The notes under the pieces were generated by a model. The model was given only the letters and a program-made list of their open reading frames with translations, did no database searches and was not told the origin of the DNA. The translations under genes were made by a program, and so were the position numbers. DNA of 64,000 nt, taken from the NCBI GenBank assembly GCA_949358305.1, contig OX442314.1, forward strand, positions 13,454,001-13,518,000, read 5' to 3'. How positions within the stretch are numbered: the first letter of the stretch is position 1; the number at the start of each line of letters is the position of its first letter. Below, in pieces: positions 63,703 to 64,000 of this stretch. The stretch comes from Strigamia acuminata (Eukaryota).

Positions 63703-64000
63703 TAAGGTTTTTAACCACTGTCGCCGTTGCTAAATATAAAATGTTTTTAAAGAAGTTTCCTTTGAAAAATCCAAAAATATACGCAGGTTGCTAAAGCTTA
63801 GATGCATAACTGTGAGAGTTTTATAAAGGTCGCAAGTGCGAGATATAAAAATATTTATTTAAGAACCTGAATTTCACCGGGGTGTCTATTTCAAGCTGAG
63901 TTTAACAACATACAAACCGGCAACCTGCTAAGCTCATCAATTTTCAATGTTTATCGACACGATAGGAAATTTATTTTTTTGGCAAAATGCCTGAAAAGAA

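Overview
AT-rich, intron-containing animal DNA (probably an arthropod or other invertebrate; the species cannot be determined from sequence alone). Bases 1-15.7 kb hold the first two coding exons of a minus-strand phospholipase C-beta gene, whose introns carry many small MITEs. A dense run of genes follows: MOK(+), TASP1(-), p31comet/MAD2L1BP(+), FRMD8(-), MCM5(+), KPTN(-), PNO1(+), SPAST(-), an unnamed SOCS-box/pseudokinase gene(+), POLR3F(-), KAT5/Tip60(+), a METTL24-like gene(-), XRN2(-) and the 5' part of MRCK/CDC42BP(+). Highlight 1 is a complete 7.2-kb Mutator-like transposon (42400-49606, ~113-bp TIRs, perfect 9-bp TSD) inserted in the POLR3F/KAT5 divergent promoter. It encodes one intact polyprotein (CG-1-like DNA-binding region, DDE transposase, SWIM, Ulp1 SUMO protease, PHD finger) and carries a captured, intron-containing, decayed ATAD3 fragment and a 61/62-bp higher-order repeat. 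Highlight 2 is a host gene with an N-terminal SOCS box fused to a kinase fold lacking all catalytic motifs. All assignments come from manual translation and motif recall; no database search was run.
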